A stretch of 32,000 bases of DNA, from positions 28,987-60,986 of the forward strand of contig NZ_MPKA01000056.1 of the NCBI RefSeq assembly GCF_001945605.1. The letters run 5' to 3'. A program made the position numbers and the translations under genes. This document shows, piece after piece, positions 16,397 to 25,410 of the stretch (positions are counted from its first letter, which is position 1; each line of letters begins with the position of its first letter). Under the pieces are notes generated by a model that did no database searches, was not told where the DNA came from, and saw only the letters and a list, made by a program, of their open reading frames with translations. The DNA is from Dubosiella newyorkensis. Lineage in GTDB: Bacteria; Bacillota_I; Bacilli_A; Erysipelotrichales; Erysipelotrichaceae.

Positions 16397-17415
16397 ATTT
16401 CCCTTTCTACTTCCAAAAACACTTCTTTGGCAAGTTCCATTTCTTGTTCGCTTCCGATCGTGATCCGGGCATAATCTTCATTTGGAAAGACGCGGATCTG
16501 GATCCCTTTTTCGTTCATTTTTCTTAGGATGGCTTGAAGCTGTTTTGAACGAAAAAGAATAAAATTGGCTTGCGATGGATAGAGCGTCGTTTTTTGCAGC
16601 TGCTTTCCGAATTCTAAAAAGCAATCGCGCCTGTCAATGATTTCTTTCAATATTGGCTCGATTTGATCAACATGCTTTAGCGCGCTGAGCGCGACAAATT
16701 CACTGAGACGATTGACAGAATAGGGTACGTTTCTTTGTTGGAGCCATTCGATATTTTTTGGATCCGAAAGCAGGAACCCTAACCGAATGCCCGCGAGCCC
16801 AAAGGCTTTGGAAAGCGTTCGGGTCACATATAAATTAGGATATCGATCGATCAAAGAAAGCGCGCTTTCTGGCGCGAATTCGACATACGCTTCATCGACA
16901 AGGATCTTGCGTTCTGGAAAAGCTTCCAATATTTTCTGGATCGACTCTTTTTCTAAAAACAAGCCCGTTGGATTGTTTGGATTGGAAAAGAGGATTAGGT
17001 CTGGATCGATCGTTTCGATCGTTTGGATCCAGTCTTGAAGATCGAATGGAACTTCCGGGTCGATCGGATATTTGACGAGTTCTCCTCCATATAATGAAAT
17101 ATAATAATCATACATGCTGAAGTCTTTCGAGAAACTAAGAGCGATTTTCTTTTCTCCTAATAAATTTCCAATAAACAAGCCAAGCATTTGGTCGGATCCG
17201 TTTCCGACTAATACTTGTTCTGGTCGCAGTCCTTGCAGTTTGCTGTATTCTTCTCTTAGCTTCCAATAGGTATTGTCCGGATATCGATTCAGATCCAATG
17301 TCGTGATGTTTTCTTGGATTTCTTTTAAAATTGCCGGCGCCGGTTTGTATGGGGATTCGTTCGCATTGAGCAAAATACCCTTTTGCGCATGGCTTTGATA
17401 AGAATAGCTTCCCAT
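16393..17415 (-). CDS. hisC: Histidinol-phosphate aminotransferase
   Basis: 340 aa, class-II aminotransferase ([21 protein letters not shown] with the PLP Lys). Located within the his operon. Confidence 0.92.
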   Translation of the reverse strand: MGSYSYQSHAQKGILLNANESPYKPAPAILKEIQENITTLDLNRYPDNTYWKLREEYSKLQGLRPEQVLVGNGSDQMLGLFIGNLLGEKKIALSFSKDFSMYDYYISLYGGELVKYPIDPEVPFDLQDWIQTIETIDPDLILFSNPNNPTGLFLEKESIQKILEAFPERKILVDEAYVEFAPESALSLIDRYPNLYVTRTLSKAFGLAGIRLGFLLSDPKNIEWLQQRNVPYSVNRLSEFVALSALKHVDQIEPILKEIIDRRDCFLEFGKQLQKTTLYPSQANFILFRSKQLQAILRKMNEKGIQIRVFPNEDYARITIGSEQEMELAKEVFLEVEREI

Positions 17416-18698
17416 TATGTATCCATCCTTACTAAGATCGCTTGCGCGTGGGCGTCGAGTTGTTCTTCTTGCGCCATTTTCACGATTTGCTCCCCATATT
17501 TTTGAAGTGCCTCTTTTGAATAATGCAAATAACTCGATTTTTTAATAAAACTATCTACACCCAGTGCCGAAGAGAAGCGCGCCGTGCCACTTGTTGGAAG
17601 CACATGGTTCGTTCCTCCAAAATAATCGCCGACACTCTCGCAAGTATAATAGCCAAGGAATACGCTGCCTGCATGCTTGACTTGACCTAAATACTCCATC
17701 GGGGATTCGACCATGAGTTCGAGATGTTCTGGAGCGATCAAATTCGATAAAGAGATGCATTCTTCAAGACTGTCGCAAACGATCGAATGTCCATGGTTGG
17801 CTAGCGATTGTTCTACGATCTCACGTTTTGGAAGAACAGCGCTTTGTTTTTCTAGTTCTTGATTGACTTGATCGACAAGCTTGGGGCTTGTCGTGATCAA
17901 GATTGAGCAAGCCATCGGATCATGTTCTGCTTGAGAGAGAAGATCGGCGGCCACAAACTTTGGATCCGCCTTTCCATCCGCGATGACAAGGATCTCGCTT
18001 GGTCCTGCGATCATATCGATATCTACTTTCCCGAATACGAGTTTTTTAGCGGCAGCCACAAAAATGTTGCCAGGGCCGACGATCTTATCAACAGGAAGGA
18101 TACTTTGGGTTCCATAGGCTAAAGCGGCGATCGCTTGCGCGCCTCCCAATTTATAGATTTCATCCACGCCGGCAAGTTTGGCAGCAAAGGCAATATTGGG
18201 ATGGATCTTCCCTTCCGCATTGGGTGGGGTCGTCATCACGATCCGTTTTACGCCAGCCACTTTGGCAGGGATCGTGTTCATTAAGACGCTGCTTGGATAT
18301 TGGGCTCTTCCACCTGGCACATAGATGCCAACTGAATCGAGAGGAAGAACGCGTTGTCCCAAGTAGATCTTCTCTTCTTTTTCGAGCAAAAAGGAGTTCT
18401 GTTTTTGGGCTTTATGATAAAACTCGATGTTCTCTTTCGCCATTTCCATCGCTTTTTTGAAGGCGGGATCGCATTGAGCGATCGCTTCATCTAGTTCTTC
18501 TTCACTGACTTTCAAAGAAGAAAGGTCAACTTGATCGAAGCGCTTTGTCAAGGCAAAAAGCGCGTCGTCTTTTTGTTCTTTGACTTGATCGATGATTTCT
18601 TGCGCCTTGATCAAAATATCGGCTGAGATTTCTTGAGAGCGTTCACTCACGAATTGGACGAGTTTTGCTTGTTCTTGTTTATTCAAGGGCTGCAGCAT
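17415..18698 (-). CDS. hisD: Histidinol dehydrogenase
   Basis: 427 aa. Typical HisD (SQAEHD, GDYFGGTNHVLPT). TAATG 1-nt overlap with hisC. Confidence 0.95.
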   Translation of the reverse strand: MLQPLNKQEQAKLVQFVSERSQEISADILIKAQEIIDQVKEQKDDALFALTKRFDQVDLSSLKVSEEELDEAIAQCDPAFKKAMEMAKENIEFYHKAQKQNSFLLEKEEKIYLGQRVLPLDSVGIYVPGGRAQYPSSVLMNTIPAKVAGVKRIVMTTPPNAEGKIHPNIAFAAKLAGVDEIYKLGGAQAIAALAYGTQSILPVDKIVGPGNIFVAAAKKLVFGKVDIDMIAGPSEILVIADGKADPKFVAADLLSQAEHDPMACSILITTSPKLVDQVNQELEKQSAVLPKREIVEQSLANHGHSIVCDSLEECISLSNLIAPEHLELMVESPMEYLGQVKHAGSVFLGYYTCESVGDYFGGTNHVLPTSGTARFSSALGVDSFIKKSSYLHYSKEALQKYGEQIVKMAQEEQLDAHAQAILVRMDT

Positions 18699-19326
18699 TT
18701 CTTAAAACCTCCTGTTCTAGATCGTGGATCAAATCCATGACTTCTTTTCTTTTGAGCTTGAAACTCGCTTTATTGACGATCAGCCGCGCGCTGATCGGGC
18801 AAACAGTATCTAAAACGATCAAGCCATTCTCTTTTAAAGTGGCTCCTGTTTCCATGATATCGACGATCCCATCGCACAATCCTAATAGCGGGGAGAGCTC
18901 GACAGAGCCATCGATCTTGATGATTTCGACGTCCATGCCTTTACTTAAAAAATAATTGCGGGCGACATTGGGATATTTTGTTCCGATCTTGATATGTCCG
19001 ACTTTATTGAACAGATCGTTTTCTGGTAAAGAAGCGACGATGAAGCGACATTTTCCGATTTCAAGATCGAGCAATTCATAATAATATTTACCGCCCTCTA
19101 AGAGGGTGTCTTTTCCTACGACCCCCACATCCGCTACCCCATGCTCTACATAGGTGATGCAGTCGTTGGCTTTTACAAGAAAGTACTCAAGATCTTTTTT
19201 TGAGTCTTTGAAGACAAGCGCCCGCCCCTTGTCTTTAAGGGCTTCGGTGCCATATCCGCATGCGTCGAGCATTTCGACGGTTTTCTTTTCAAGGCGTCCT
19301 TTGGTCAAGGCCATTGATAAGCTCAT
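18679..19326 (-). CDS. hisG: ATP phosphoribosyltransferase, short (HisZ-dependent) form
   Basis: Start set at ATG 19326-19324 (MSLSMALTKGRLEKKT..). GGAGGA lies 6-7 nt upstream, and there is a TAATG 1-nt overlap with the hisZ stop. The ORF-track start at 19521 would run 195 nt into hisZ. Confidence 0.9.
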   Translation of the reverse strand: MSLSMALTKGRLEKKTVEMLDACGYGTEALKDKGRALVFKDSKKDLEYFLVKANDCITYVEHGVADVGVVGKDTLLEGGKYYYELLDLEIGKCRFIVASLPENDLFNKVGHIKIGTKYPNVARNYFLSKGMDVEIIKIDGSVELSPLLGLCDGIVDIMETGATLKENGLIVLDTVCPISARLIVNKASFKLKRKEVMDLIHDLEQEVLRNAAALE

Positions 19327-20441
19327 TACTCTTCCTCCTTGATATATATCGTTTCTACATTGGCTAATCGAAGTTCTACGTTCCCCTTTTGACGCAGCTT
19401 TTGAGCGATCTTGAGCGCCTCCACGATTTGCGCTTGAGGGTATAGCACTTGGATATTGGCTTTTTTTGTTGGGATAGAGATCGTTTCGGCTAGCGTATCG
19501 AGCTTGAATGAAAAACCGCAAGCAGGCAGATCATTGCCAAACACTTGGAGCAGTTTATCGTATCTACCTCCGCTCAACACGCTGTTTCCTACCCCTTCCA
19601 CAAAACCTTCAAAAATGATCCCTGTATAATAATCAAGATGGGGGATCTTTCCAAAATCAAATTGATAAAGACCGCCATATCCTAATTCCGTGAGTTGGGC
19701 GTCTAATTGTTTCATTTGGAGCACCACGCTCTCGAGTTCGGGCGCAAACGACAACGACAAAGCTTTTTCTAAAACATCTTTTTCTCCACCTAATAGTGGC
19801 AGATTCAAAAAGAATGTGCGGATCTGATTCGTCATCGGTAAAGTATCTAAGTATTCTTTCAATTCTACAAGGCTTTTGCGGTCGATAAGATCAGCTAGCG
19901 TTTGGCGTCCAGTTTCATTTAAATCTGCGATCTGGCATGCGCACTCGAAAAATTGCACGGTTCCGATCTCAAGCATAAAGTTTGGCAAGTTTAAGGCGTT
20001 TAAAGCCTCTAAAGCGCAAGCGAGAACTTCAAGGTCTGCATGATGATCAAGTCCGATCAATTCCACGCCGCAATCCATGACTTCGCTTCGTTTTCCGCTC
20101 AAGGATGGACGCACCTTATATACGTTTGCGCAATAGCGGAGCCGGAAAGGTCCCATTTCATCTTTGAATCGAGTCGTCACCGCGCGTGCGATCGGCACTG
20201 TCATATCGATCCTTAATGTTAAGATATCTTGTTCTTGATCAAAAAACTTATACATGTCTTGGTCGTTAAGATTCGAGAACGCTTTTGAATACGTTTGATA
20301 AAACTCAAGAACGGGCGTTTGGATCTCTTCATATCCATAGGATTCGAAAACCGCATTCAAAGTTTGTTTTAGTTCGTTCTTCTTTCGGCATTCATCTAAG
20401 ATCGAATCTCTGAATCCTGCAGGAAGTTGGATTTGATTCAT
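19326..20441 (-). CDS. hisZ: ATP phosphoribosyltransferase regulatory subunit (HisRS paralogue)
   Basis: 371 aa. LPAGFRDSILDE.., GYEEIQTPVLE is HisRS-like without an anticodon-binding domain. First gene of the operon. Confidence 0.9.
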   Translation of the reverse strand: MNQIQLPAGFRDSILDECRKKNELKQTLNAVFESYGYEEIQTPVLEFYQTYSKAFSNLNDQDMYKFFDQEQDILTLRIDMTVPIARAVTTRFKDEMGPFRLRYCANVYKVRPSLSGKRSEVMDCGVELIGLDHHADLEVLACALEALNALNLPNFMLEIGTVQFFECACQIADLNETGRQTLADLIDRKSLVELKEYLDTLPMTNQIRTFFLNLPLLGGEKDVLEKALSLSFAPELESVVLQMKQLDAQLTELGYGGLYQFDFGKIPHLDYYTGIIFEGFVEGVGNSVLSGGRYDKLLQVFGNDLPACGFSFKLDTLAETISIPTKKANIQVLYPQAQIVEALKIAQKLRQKGNVELRLANVETIYIKEEE

Positions 20442-20460
20442 TCTTCTTTCTCTCCTTTAT

Positions 20461-20708
20461 AAAAAAAGCTTCCATCCAAAGGACGAAAGCTAAACTTGCG
20501 TGGTTCCACCTTACTTCGTGCATTTCTTGCGAAAAACACCTTATCGAGTACTAACATACTCTAGCTCGGTAACGGAAGCAACCGTTTCAGACTACTCTTC
20601 ATTTCGCCTGAAGTGCTCTAGGATGTGTTCGAGCCTTTACACGCTTCTTTTCCACCAACCAAGAAGTCTCTATTCGCTTTGGGGCTGTACTATTTCCTTT
20701 CATCGCAT
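20461..20708 (-). promoter_or_regulatory. T-box leader with a histidine (CAC) specifier, controlling hisZGDCBHAFIE
   Basis: Minus strand: the stem I start is TGCGATGAAAGGAAATAGTACAGCC. The specifier loop 3' side is GGCTCGAA-CAC-ATCC (the AGCC/GGCT and GGA/TCC helices flank it). The T-box sequence is AAGTAAGGTGGAACCACGCAAG (core at 20512-20499). The terminator AGCTTTCGTCC/TTTG/GGATGGAAGCT + TTTTTTT (20491-20461) has two positions that pair (G-U) only on the minus strand. Confidence 0.8.
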
Positions 20709-20767
20709 TTTCATTTATTTTCTATATTGTTTACATTAATTAGTTTTTCAAAAAATGTCAAGAATAA

Positions 20768-22684
20768 TTATTGATGATTCCGCACATAATTAAGGGCCCC
20801 TCCTGCCCTCAGGAGCTCGAAGTCTTGTTCGCTGATCTGTGCGAGCAGAGGGATCTCGATTTGTTTTGTAGCGTTGCGAAGAATAAATCTTGGCTCTTTT
20901 TCTAGATCGTATACATTTTCAAAGACGAGATCATCGAGATCATCGATCAAATCATAGTCATCTTTGTTTTCGAAGACGAAAGGAATGATGCCAAAATTGA
21001 TCAAGTTCGCTAGATGGATGCGGGCAAAGCTTTTCGCGATCACCGCTTTGACACCTAAATACATCGGAGCAAGCGCCGCATGTTCTCGTGAACTTCCTTG
21101 CCCATAGTTTTCTCCGGCGACAATGATCCCACCATCGTTTTCCTTGCAGACCAGATGGAAATCCTTTTTATTGTTTTCAAAAACGAATGTTGACAGCTTT
21201 TCAATATTAGAACGATAAGGGAGCACTTTCGCACCAGCTGGCGCGATATGGTCTGTGGTGATATTATCTTCCAGCTTGATCACGACCCGTTTTTTAAATG
21301 CGTTTGGCAAAGCGTCATTGATTGGTAGCGGTTTGATATTCGGTCCCATGACGATCTCACCTTGTTCTGGATCCGGATGTGGCGCATAGATCATGGAATC
21401 ATCGACAAAGCTCTCTTCTTTTTCAAAGGCATCCTCATACTCGATTTCTGTAGGATCGGTGATATAGCCAGCGATCGCACTGGCGGCTGCCGTTTCGGGC
21501 GATACGAGATAGACTTCAGCGGAAAGAGTTCCGCTTCTTCCATAGAAATTCCGGTTAAATGTACGCAAGGAGACTCCTTCGCTTTTTGGAGATTGTCCCA
21601 TGCCGATGCACGGTCCGCATGTGCACTCGAGAATGCGAGCTCCCGCGTCGACAAAAGTCGCGAAGGCGCCATTTTTGATCAGTTTGCGCATGACTTGACG
21701 CGATCCTGGAGAAATCACTAACGAAGTATGCGGTGCAACTTTTTTATCTTTTAAAATCGCTGCGACTTTCATTAAGTCTTCATAGCCAGAATTCGTGCAT
21801 GATCCGATCGCGACTTGGTCGACTTTTTTGCCTGCTAGATTGGCGATCGATTCAATATTGTCTGGGGAATTTGGACAAGCGGCTGCTGGTTTTAAGCTCG
21901 ATAGATCGATTTCGATCAAGCCATCATACACAGCGCCTGGATCCGCGCTTAGCGGCTGATAGTCTTCTTCTCTTTGCTGCTGGGCTAAAAAGAGGCGTGT
22001 ATTTTCATCGCTTGGAAAGATCGAAGTCGTCGCTCCAAGCTCCGCACCCATATTCGTGATTGTCGCTCTTTGATATACACTTAGGTTTTTTAAGCCTTCG
22101 CCTGTATATTCATAGATCTTTCCAACGCCGCCTTTCACGCTTTCTCTTCTTAACAATTCGAGGATGATATCTTTGCTGGATACTCCATGCTGTAGCGTTC
22201 CTGTTAAGCGGACTTCTATAATTTTTGGATACGTGATCCGGTAAGGAATGCCAGCCATCGCTTTGGCGACATCGAGTCCTCCGGCACCGATCGCGATCAT
22301 CGCCATCGCTCCTCCTGTAGGTGTATGGGAATCTGAACCGATCAATGTTTTTCCTGGTTTGGCGAAACGTTCTAAATGAAGCTGGTGGCAGATCCCGTTG
22401 CCCGCTTTCGAAAAATAGATGCCATGTTTGGCGGCTACGCTTTGAAGGTAGGCATGATCATCAGCGTTCATATATCCGCTTTGCAGTGTATTGTGATCGA
22501 CATAGCTTACGGAAAGCTCCGTTTTCACTTGATCGACTCCCATGGCTTCTAGCTGCATGTAGGCCATCGTTCCTGTCGCATCTTGTGTTAGCGTTTGATC
22601 CATCTTGATTTCGATTTGTTCTCCGGTTTTGCATGTCCCTGAGATCGTGTGTGCGTCTAAAATTTTTTGAGCTAATGTTTTCAT
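20768..22684 (-). CDS. Aconitate hydratase (638-aa form)
   Basis: Aconitase-family Fe-S ligand contexts (GSDSHT, IGSCTNS, CGPCIG) and a C-terminal swivel domain (GENYGQGSSREHAA). GAGGTGA lies 5 nt before the ATG. Confidence 0.9.
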   Translation of the reverse strand: MKTLAQKILDAHTISGTCKTGEQIEIKMDQTLTQDATGTMAYMQLEAMGVDQVKTELSVSYVDHNTLQSGYMNADDHAYLQSVAAKHGIYFSKAGNGICHQLHLERFAKPGKTLIGSDSHTPTGGAMAMIAIGAGGLDVAKAMAGIPYRITYPKIIEVRLTGTLQHGVSSKDIILELLRRESVKGGVGKIYEYTGEGLKNLSVYQRATITNMGAELGATTSIFPSDENTRLFLAQQQREEDYQPLSADPGAVYDGLIEIDLSSLKPAAACPNSPDNIESIANLAGKKVDQVAIGSCTNSGYEDLMKVAAILKDKKVAPHTSLVISPGSRQVMRKLIKNGAFATFVDAGARILECTCGPCIGMGQSPKSEGVSLRTFNRNFYGRSGTLSAEVYLVSPETAAASAIAGYITDPTEIEYEDAFEKEESFVDDSMIYAPHPDPEQGEIVMGPNIKPLPINDALPNAFKKRVVIKLEDNITTDHIAPAGAKVLPYRSNIEKLSTFVFENNKKDFHLVCKENDGGIIVAGENYGQGSSREHAALAPMYLGVKAVIAKSFARIHLANLINFGIIPFVFENKDDYDLIDDLDDLVFENVYDLEKEPRFILRNATKQIEIPLLAQISEQDFELLRAGGALNYVRNHQ

Positions 22685-22703
22685 TCGTTCACCTCACGTA
22701 CTG

Positions 22704-22732
22704 ATTATACCAAAGTTCCTAAATAATGTAAG
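22704..22732 (-). promoter_or_regulatory. Aconitase promoter
   Basis: Minus strand: CTTACA (22732-22727) - 17 nt - TGgTATAAT (TATAAT = 22709-22704). Confidence 0.5.
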
Positions 22733-22738
22733 AGGATG

Positions 22739-22747
22739 TGTTATAAT
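22739..22747 (+). promoter_or_regulatory. Extended -10 element of the citrate synthase promoter
   Basis: TGtTATAAT at 22739-22747. There is no good -35. It lies back-to-back with the aconitase promoter. Confidence 0.45.
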
Positions 22748-22771
22748 ATGAAAACGAATGAAAGGAATTAT

Positions 22772-24055
22772 ATGAAAACGTTGAAACAGATCTACACTGA
22801 AAACATGGCTTATAACCAGATCGACCCTTCTTTGTATGCGCGTTATCGTGTGAAGCAAGGTCTTCGAAACGAGAACGGAACGGGTGTCAAAGTGGGTTTG
22901 ACAAAGATTTGCGATGTGGTTGGTTACCAAATGGTGCATGGCAAAAAGCACAATATCGATGGTCAGTTGATTTATCGCGGCTATTCTGTCGATGATTTGA
23001 TCCGGATGCAGTCTGGTGATATGGTCGATGGATATGAGCAGGTCGCTTTTTTATTGATCATGGGCCGGCTTCCTGATCAAGAGGAACTCGCTCAATTCAA
23101 AACGATACTCAAGGATGAGATCAACACGAATATGATCGACGAGCAATATGAAACAAAGAGCATCTTAAATGCTTTGCAGATCGAGATCTTGAAGCTGTAT
23201 GGCGATGATCCAAATCCTGATGATGACGAGCTTCCGGACCGGATGCAAAAAGGGATCTCGATCCTTGCTAGTATTCCTCTCTTTGTTTTTTCGCAATATC
23301 ATCATACTTTGTTTACAAAATATCCTCTTCATGATAAAGGCTTGGCGGAGAACATTCTCGTCCTTGCACGGAATGAAGAAAACTATACCTTGCAGGAAGC
23401 GCGTCTGATGGATACTTTGTTGATGCTTCATGCAGATCATGGTGGTGGAAACAATTCAACGTTTGCCAATGTTGTGATCACAAGCACGGGTACAGATATT
23501 TATTCATGCATTTCGGCTGCGATCGGTTCTTTAAAGGGTCCTCGTCATGGGGGCGCGGCTCAAAAAGTCAGCGGGCAGTTTGATGCTCTCATTCATTCGT
23601 GCAAAAACGGATGGGATGATCAAAAGCTTGAAGAGATCGCGTACTCTCTTCTTGCGAAAGAATACTATGATCGAGCTGGATTGATTTATGGTATTGGCCA
23701 TGCGATCTATACAAAGAGCGATCCGCGCGCGGTCTTGATCAAAGAGGAATGTCGAAAATTAGCGATCGAAAAAGGTCTTGAAGATGAATTTGAATTGTTT
23801 TCTCATTTTGAAAGGGCGGCTTGCAAAGCGATGAAGCGAGTGAAAGGGATCGATTGTTGCGCGAACGTCGATTTTTATTCTGGTTTTGCTTATCGGATGT
23901 TGGGGATCGATTCTTCTTTATTTACTTCAATGTTTTCTATTTCCCGGTGTGCTGGCTGGATCGCGCACCATCTTGAAAATAGACAGTCAAATCGCAAGCT
24001 GATTCGTCCTGCCAATATTTATGTCGGTGAAAGAAAGGGGTCGTACAATGACTAA
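22772..24055 (+). CDS. Citrate synthase
   Basis: Citrate synthase motifs HADHGGGNNSTF, GPRHGGA and GIGHAIY. Start chosen at ATG 22772 (AAAGGA 5 nt upstream, downstream of the extended -10). ATG 22748 is an alternative. The track start 22736 lies inside the RBS-like AGAGGA. Confidence 0.88.
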   Translation: MKTLKQIYTENMAYNQIDPSLYARYRVKQGLRNENGTGVKVGLTKICDVVGYQMVHGKKHNIDGQLIYRGYSVDDLIRMQSGDMVDGYEQVAFLLIMGRLPDQEELAQFKTILKDEINTNMIDEQYETKSILNALQIEILKLYGDDPNPDDDELPDRMQKGISILASIPLFVFSQYHHTLFTKYPLHDKGLAENILVLARNEENYTLQEARLMDTLLMLHADHGGGNNSTFANVVITSTGTDIYSCISAAIGSLKGPRHGGAAQKVSGQFDALIHSCKNGWDDQKLEEIAYSLLAKEYYDRAGLIYGIGHAIYTKSDPRAVLIKEECRKLAIEKGLEDEFELFSHFERAACKAMKRVKGIDCCANVDFYSGFAYRMLGIDSSLFTSMFSISRCAGWIAHHLENRQSNRKLIRPANIYVGERKGSYND

Positions 24056-25046
24056 AACAATTACAGTGTTTAGAGGCGATGGGATTGGACCAGAAATTAC
24101 GGATGCGGTCCTTGATATTTTAAAGGCGGCAAATGCTCCTTTGGATTTTGAGATCTTTGATGTAGGTGCAGCTGTCTATGAAAAGACAGGTTCGTTCATT
24201 CCGCAGGAAGGATTCGATAGTTTTGAGAAAAACAAAGTTTTGTTGAAATCGCCGATCACGACACCGATCGGGTCTGGATTCAAATCGTTGAATGTCACTT
24301 TGCGTCAAAAATATGATCTATGGGCCAATATTCGTCCAGCGCTTTCAAATCCGGCATTGCCTACGCGATTTGAAAACGTGGATCTTGTAACGTTCCGCGA
24401 AAATACGGAAGATCTATATATTGGTGAAGAAATCGAAATCGATGCAGACACTGTGCATGCAATCAAAAAAATCACGCGGAAAGCGAGCGAGAGGATCATC
24501 AAAGAGGCTTTTGAATATGCCCTAAAAAATGGCCGGCATAAAGTGACGTGTATCCATAAGGCCAATATTTTAAAGAAGAGCGATGGAATGTTCTTACGGA
24601 TTTTTGAAGAAATCGCCAAATCATATCCACAAATCGAGGCGGATTCTATGATCGTCGATGCTGCTTGCATGAATTTAGTGATGCATCCAGAACGATTCGA
24701 TGTGCTTGTTATGCCAAATTTATATGGAGATATTCTTTCGGATCTTACTTCGGGTTTGATTGGTGGTTTAGGTTTGTTGCCAAGCTGCAATCGGGGGGAT
24801 TCGTATGCGATGTATGAGGCGGTTCATGGCAGCGCTCCAGATATTGCAGGACAAAATCTAGCAAATCCTTCTGCACTGCTTCTTTCGGCTTGTATGATGT
24901 TGGATGACTTGCACGAGGAAGAGAGCGCTTCAAAGATTCGAAACGCGCTGGATCAAGTGTTCCAGGAAGGAAAAGTTCTAACAAAAGATTTGGGTGGCCA
25001 GGCAAGTACGAGCGAGTTTGTCGCGGAAATCAAATCAAGATTGTAA
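24048..25046 (+). CDS. icd: Isocitrate dehydrogenase (isocitrate/isopropylmalate dehydrogenase family, short ~330-aa form)
   Basis: MTKTITVFRGDGIGPEI.., NLYGDILSD motif. AAAGGGG lies 7 nt before ATG 24048, and there is an 8-nt overlap with the citrate synthase stop. Context with aconitase and citrate synthase favours ICDH over LeuB. Confidence 0.8.
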   Translation: MTKTITVFRGDGIGPEITDAVLDILKAANAPLDFEIFDVGAAVYEKTGSFIPQEGFDSFEKNKVLLKSPITTPIGSGFKSLNVTLRQKYDLWANIRPALSNPALPTRFENVDLVTFRENTEDLYIGEEIEIDADTVHAIKKITRKASERIIKEAFEYALKNGRHKVTCIHKANILKKSDGMFLRIFEEIAKSYPQIEADSMIVDAACMNLVMHPERFDVLVMPNLYGDILSDLTSGLIGGLGLLPSCNRGDSYAMYEAVHGSAPDIAGQNLANPSALLLSACMMLDDLHEEESASKIRNALDQVFQEGKVLTKDLGGQASTSEFVAEIKSRL

Positions 25047-25050
25047 AAAA

Positions 25051-25076
25051 AGAGGAAGCTCTATTCGGCTTCCTCT
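25051..25076. terminator. Hairpin shared by convergent icd and the 86-aa ORF
   Basis: AGAGGAAGC (25051-25059) / 8-nt loop / GCTTCCTCT (25068-25076). On the minus strand it is followed by TTTTTTT (strong). On the plus strand the tail is TCTTCC (weak). The minus-gene TAG lies in the loop. Confidence 0.65.
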
Positions 25077-25321
25077 TCTTCCATTTCAAACAATATGGAT
25101 CGATTTTTTAAAGTGATGATGTAAGTTCCATCTTTAGGATATTGACTCTTATCTTTTTGATCGGATAAGATTTCTAATTCACAAGGATAGGCTTCCCCTT
25201 CTAATAAATCTAAAAACTTTTCTTTCCCAAATTTTTTAACGATCGTTCTCCCACATGCACAGTTCCCGTATTGATCCAAACAATGGAAGATCCATTCCGG
25301 TAATTTTGATGTATTGCTCAT
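25061..25321 (-). CDS. Hypothetical 86-aa protein with a Cys cluster and poly-Glu tail
   Basis: GGAGG lies 5 nt before the ATG. It has its own promoter (25353-25380) and terminator. H13-C14..C21-x-C23..C47. I recognise no family. Confidence 0.6.
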   Translation of the reverse strand: MSNTSKLPEWIFHCLDQYGNCACGRTIVKKFGKEKFLDLLEGEAYPCELEILSDQKDKSQYPKDGTYIITLKNRSILFEMEEEEAE

Positions 25322-25352
25322 GTATTCCTCCTGTTTATAGTCAATATTCGCA

Positions 25353-25380
25353 ATTATACATATTTAACCAAGAAAAGCAA
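25353..25380 (-). promoter_or_regulatory. Promoter of the 86-aa ORF
   Basis: Minus strand: TTGCTT (25380-25375) - 16 nt - TATAAT (25358-25353), preceded by TG. Confidence 0.5.
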
Positions 25381-25404
25381 GAAAAAACTCCCAAAATGGG
25401 AGTT
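25380..25404 (-). terminator. Intrinsic terminator after the 488-aa gene
   Basis: Minus strand: AACTCCC / ATTTT / GGGAGTT (25404-25386), followed by TTTTTC. Confidence 0.7.
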
Positions 25405-25410
25405 TATTTG

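Noticed and set aside
19327-19521. 65-codon N-terminal extension of hisG in the ORF track
   Set aside because: It lies entirely inside hisZ in another frame, and its sequence (MRFFIQARYASRNDL..) is unlike HisG. ATG 19326 has an RBS and gives a normal ~215-aa short HisG.
22704-22728. CcpC-like dyad ATTAT-N15-ATAAT between the aconitase and citrate synthase genes
   Set aside because: The orientation and spacing differ from the Bacillus ATAA-N7-TTAT box. One arm is simply the -10 hexamer, and such AT pentamers are expected by chance.
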